The notes beneath the pieces were generated by a model. The model was not told where the DNA came from. It saw only the letters and a list, made by a program, of their open reading frames with translations, and ran no database searches. A stretch of DNA of 64,000 nt from a virus (lineage: Duplodnaviria; Caudoviricetes), in IMG/VR virus record IMGVR_UViG_3300035498_000621, positions 97,413 through 161,412 of that record, one strand, 5' to 3'. Below are positions 63,172 to 64,000 of the stretch, in pieces. Position numbers and translations under genes: made by a program. Position 1 is the stretch's first letter, and every line of letters starts with the position of its first letter.

Positions 63172-63327
63172 TTAATATTTTACACTCAATTCATTAATCT
63201 TATCCAATATATTTAATAATGTTTGACTATTAGTTAATTCTTTTTCTTCTGCAAATAAAATAACTTTTTCTAAAAGTCTTATTGCAATTTGTCCAATTTC
63301 ATAAAGTTGTTGTTGATTAGTTTCCAT
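63172..63327 (-). CDS. small hypothetical protein (51 aa)
   Basis: METNQQQLYEIGQIAIRLLEKV...; ATG to TAA, AT-rich leader. Confidence 0.6.
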   Translation of the reverse strand: METNQQQLYEIGQIAIRLLEKVILFAEEKELTNSQTLLNILDKINELSVKY

Positions 63328-63343
63328 ATAATTTTATTATTAG

Positions 63344-63430
63344 TTGCCTCTCTAGGATTCGAACCTAGACTAACGCCTTCAAAGGGCTACAGATTTAGAG
63401 TCTGCCGTGCTGCCATTACACCAAGAGGCA
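63344..63430 (-). tRNA. amber suppressor tRNA (anticodon CTA) on a tRNA-Gln-like body
   Basis: Acceptor TGCCTCT/AGAGGCA (U1-A72); D arm GGTGTAATGGCAGCAC; anticodon arm GCAGA-CTCTAAA-TCTGT; T arm CTAGG-TTCGAAT-CCTAG; no encoded CCA. Confidence 0.93.
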
Positions 63431-63458
63431 ATATTTAGCTGGAAATCCAGCTAATATT

Positions 63459-63848
63459 TTAAAGATTTGCTAAAAACTCTTTTATTTCTTTTATTTTATT
63501 TGTAAAATATTTATGAATTTCGAGTTTTGTAAAATTAATCATAAATTCTATAAGATCAGCATCTTCTTCTGAATAAGAATCTTGATTAAGAAGATTATCA
63601 AAAGTTTTTAAATCCATCTCTTTTCCGACTTCTTCAATAATTTTCACAAAATCATCATCATCAATTGATTCAATACTTTCTTTATATCTATCTACTGTTT
63701 CTTTAATCTGAGAATCATCAAAAGGTTCATCTGTAGTTATTTCCTCGCCATTAACTACTAATTTCTCTTTTCCGTTAATATTCTAATATTGAATATTTAT
63801 AGTTTCTGGATTTGAGAATACGGTTTCAAATAATTTTTCTAGATTCAT
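63459..63848 (-). CDS. acidic hypothetical protein (129 aa, 1 TAG)
   Basis: MNLEKLFETVFSNPETINIQYQNINGKEKL...; extends the ORF-track fragment. Confidence 0.75.
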
Positions 63849-63869
63849 ATGTCATTTATTTTTTATAAG

Positions 63870-63900
63870 CAAATATAATATTATATATGTTAATTAAAAA
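63870..63900 (-). promoter_or_regulatory. probable Bacteroidota sigma promoter for the suppressor-tRNA operon
   Basis: TATATTTG -7 box at 63877-63870; weak -33 (TTTT at N19). Confidence 0.5.
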
Positions 63901-64000
63901 TATATAAATGTTAATTATTATTAAATTACTTTTTACGGAATAAAAATTAACTATACATTATATTTTATCCCCCCCCCTATCTAGCAAATCCCGATTTTTT

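Noticed and set aside
976-63647. Reading the many short ORFs as pseudogenes of a decayed prophage
   Set aside because: Interruptions are almost all in-frame TAG at Gln positions; frames are otherwise intact and a CTA tRNA is present
63969-63977. C9 tract near the window end
   Set aside because: Context is truncated; no function can be supported

Overview
This is an AT-rich segment of a crAss-like (Crassvirales) gut Bacteroidota phage, most consistent with the recoded Delta/Suoliviridae lineage. The supplied ORF track is fragmented because the genome reads TAG as Gln (genetic code 15). Once TAG is read through, the window resolves into about 50 densely packed genes. Every reconstructed gene ends in TAA or TGA, and many are coupled by ATGA/TAATG overlaps. 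A tRNA with a CTA anticodon on a tRNA-Gln-like body lies at 63344-63430 (-). The minus strand (1-49655) carries the late module: holin-like gene, PD-(D/E)XK nuclease, GroES-like co-chaperonin, terminase, portal, tail hub and fibre genes (one with a C-type-lectin DGR-target-like tip), a five-gene accessory cassette, endolysin, scaffold, major capsid protein, ring and muzzle proteins, and probable internal cargo proteins. The plus strand (49813-63121) is a divergent island that is almost invisible in the standard code. It encodes peptidoglycan hydrolases and modular effector-like proteins. Three of these share one N-terminal domain fused to different predicted enzymes (ADP-ribosyltransferase-like, zincin protease, nucleotidyltransferase); standalone zincin and kinase genes sit alongside. 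A short K/R-(F/Y/M/H)-x-x-G-G motif recurs in many unrelated small or cargo-type proteins. All calls come from manual translation and motif recognition; no database searches were run.
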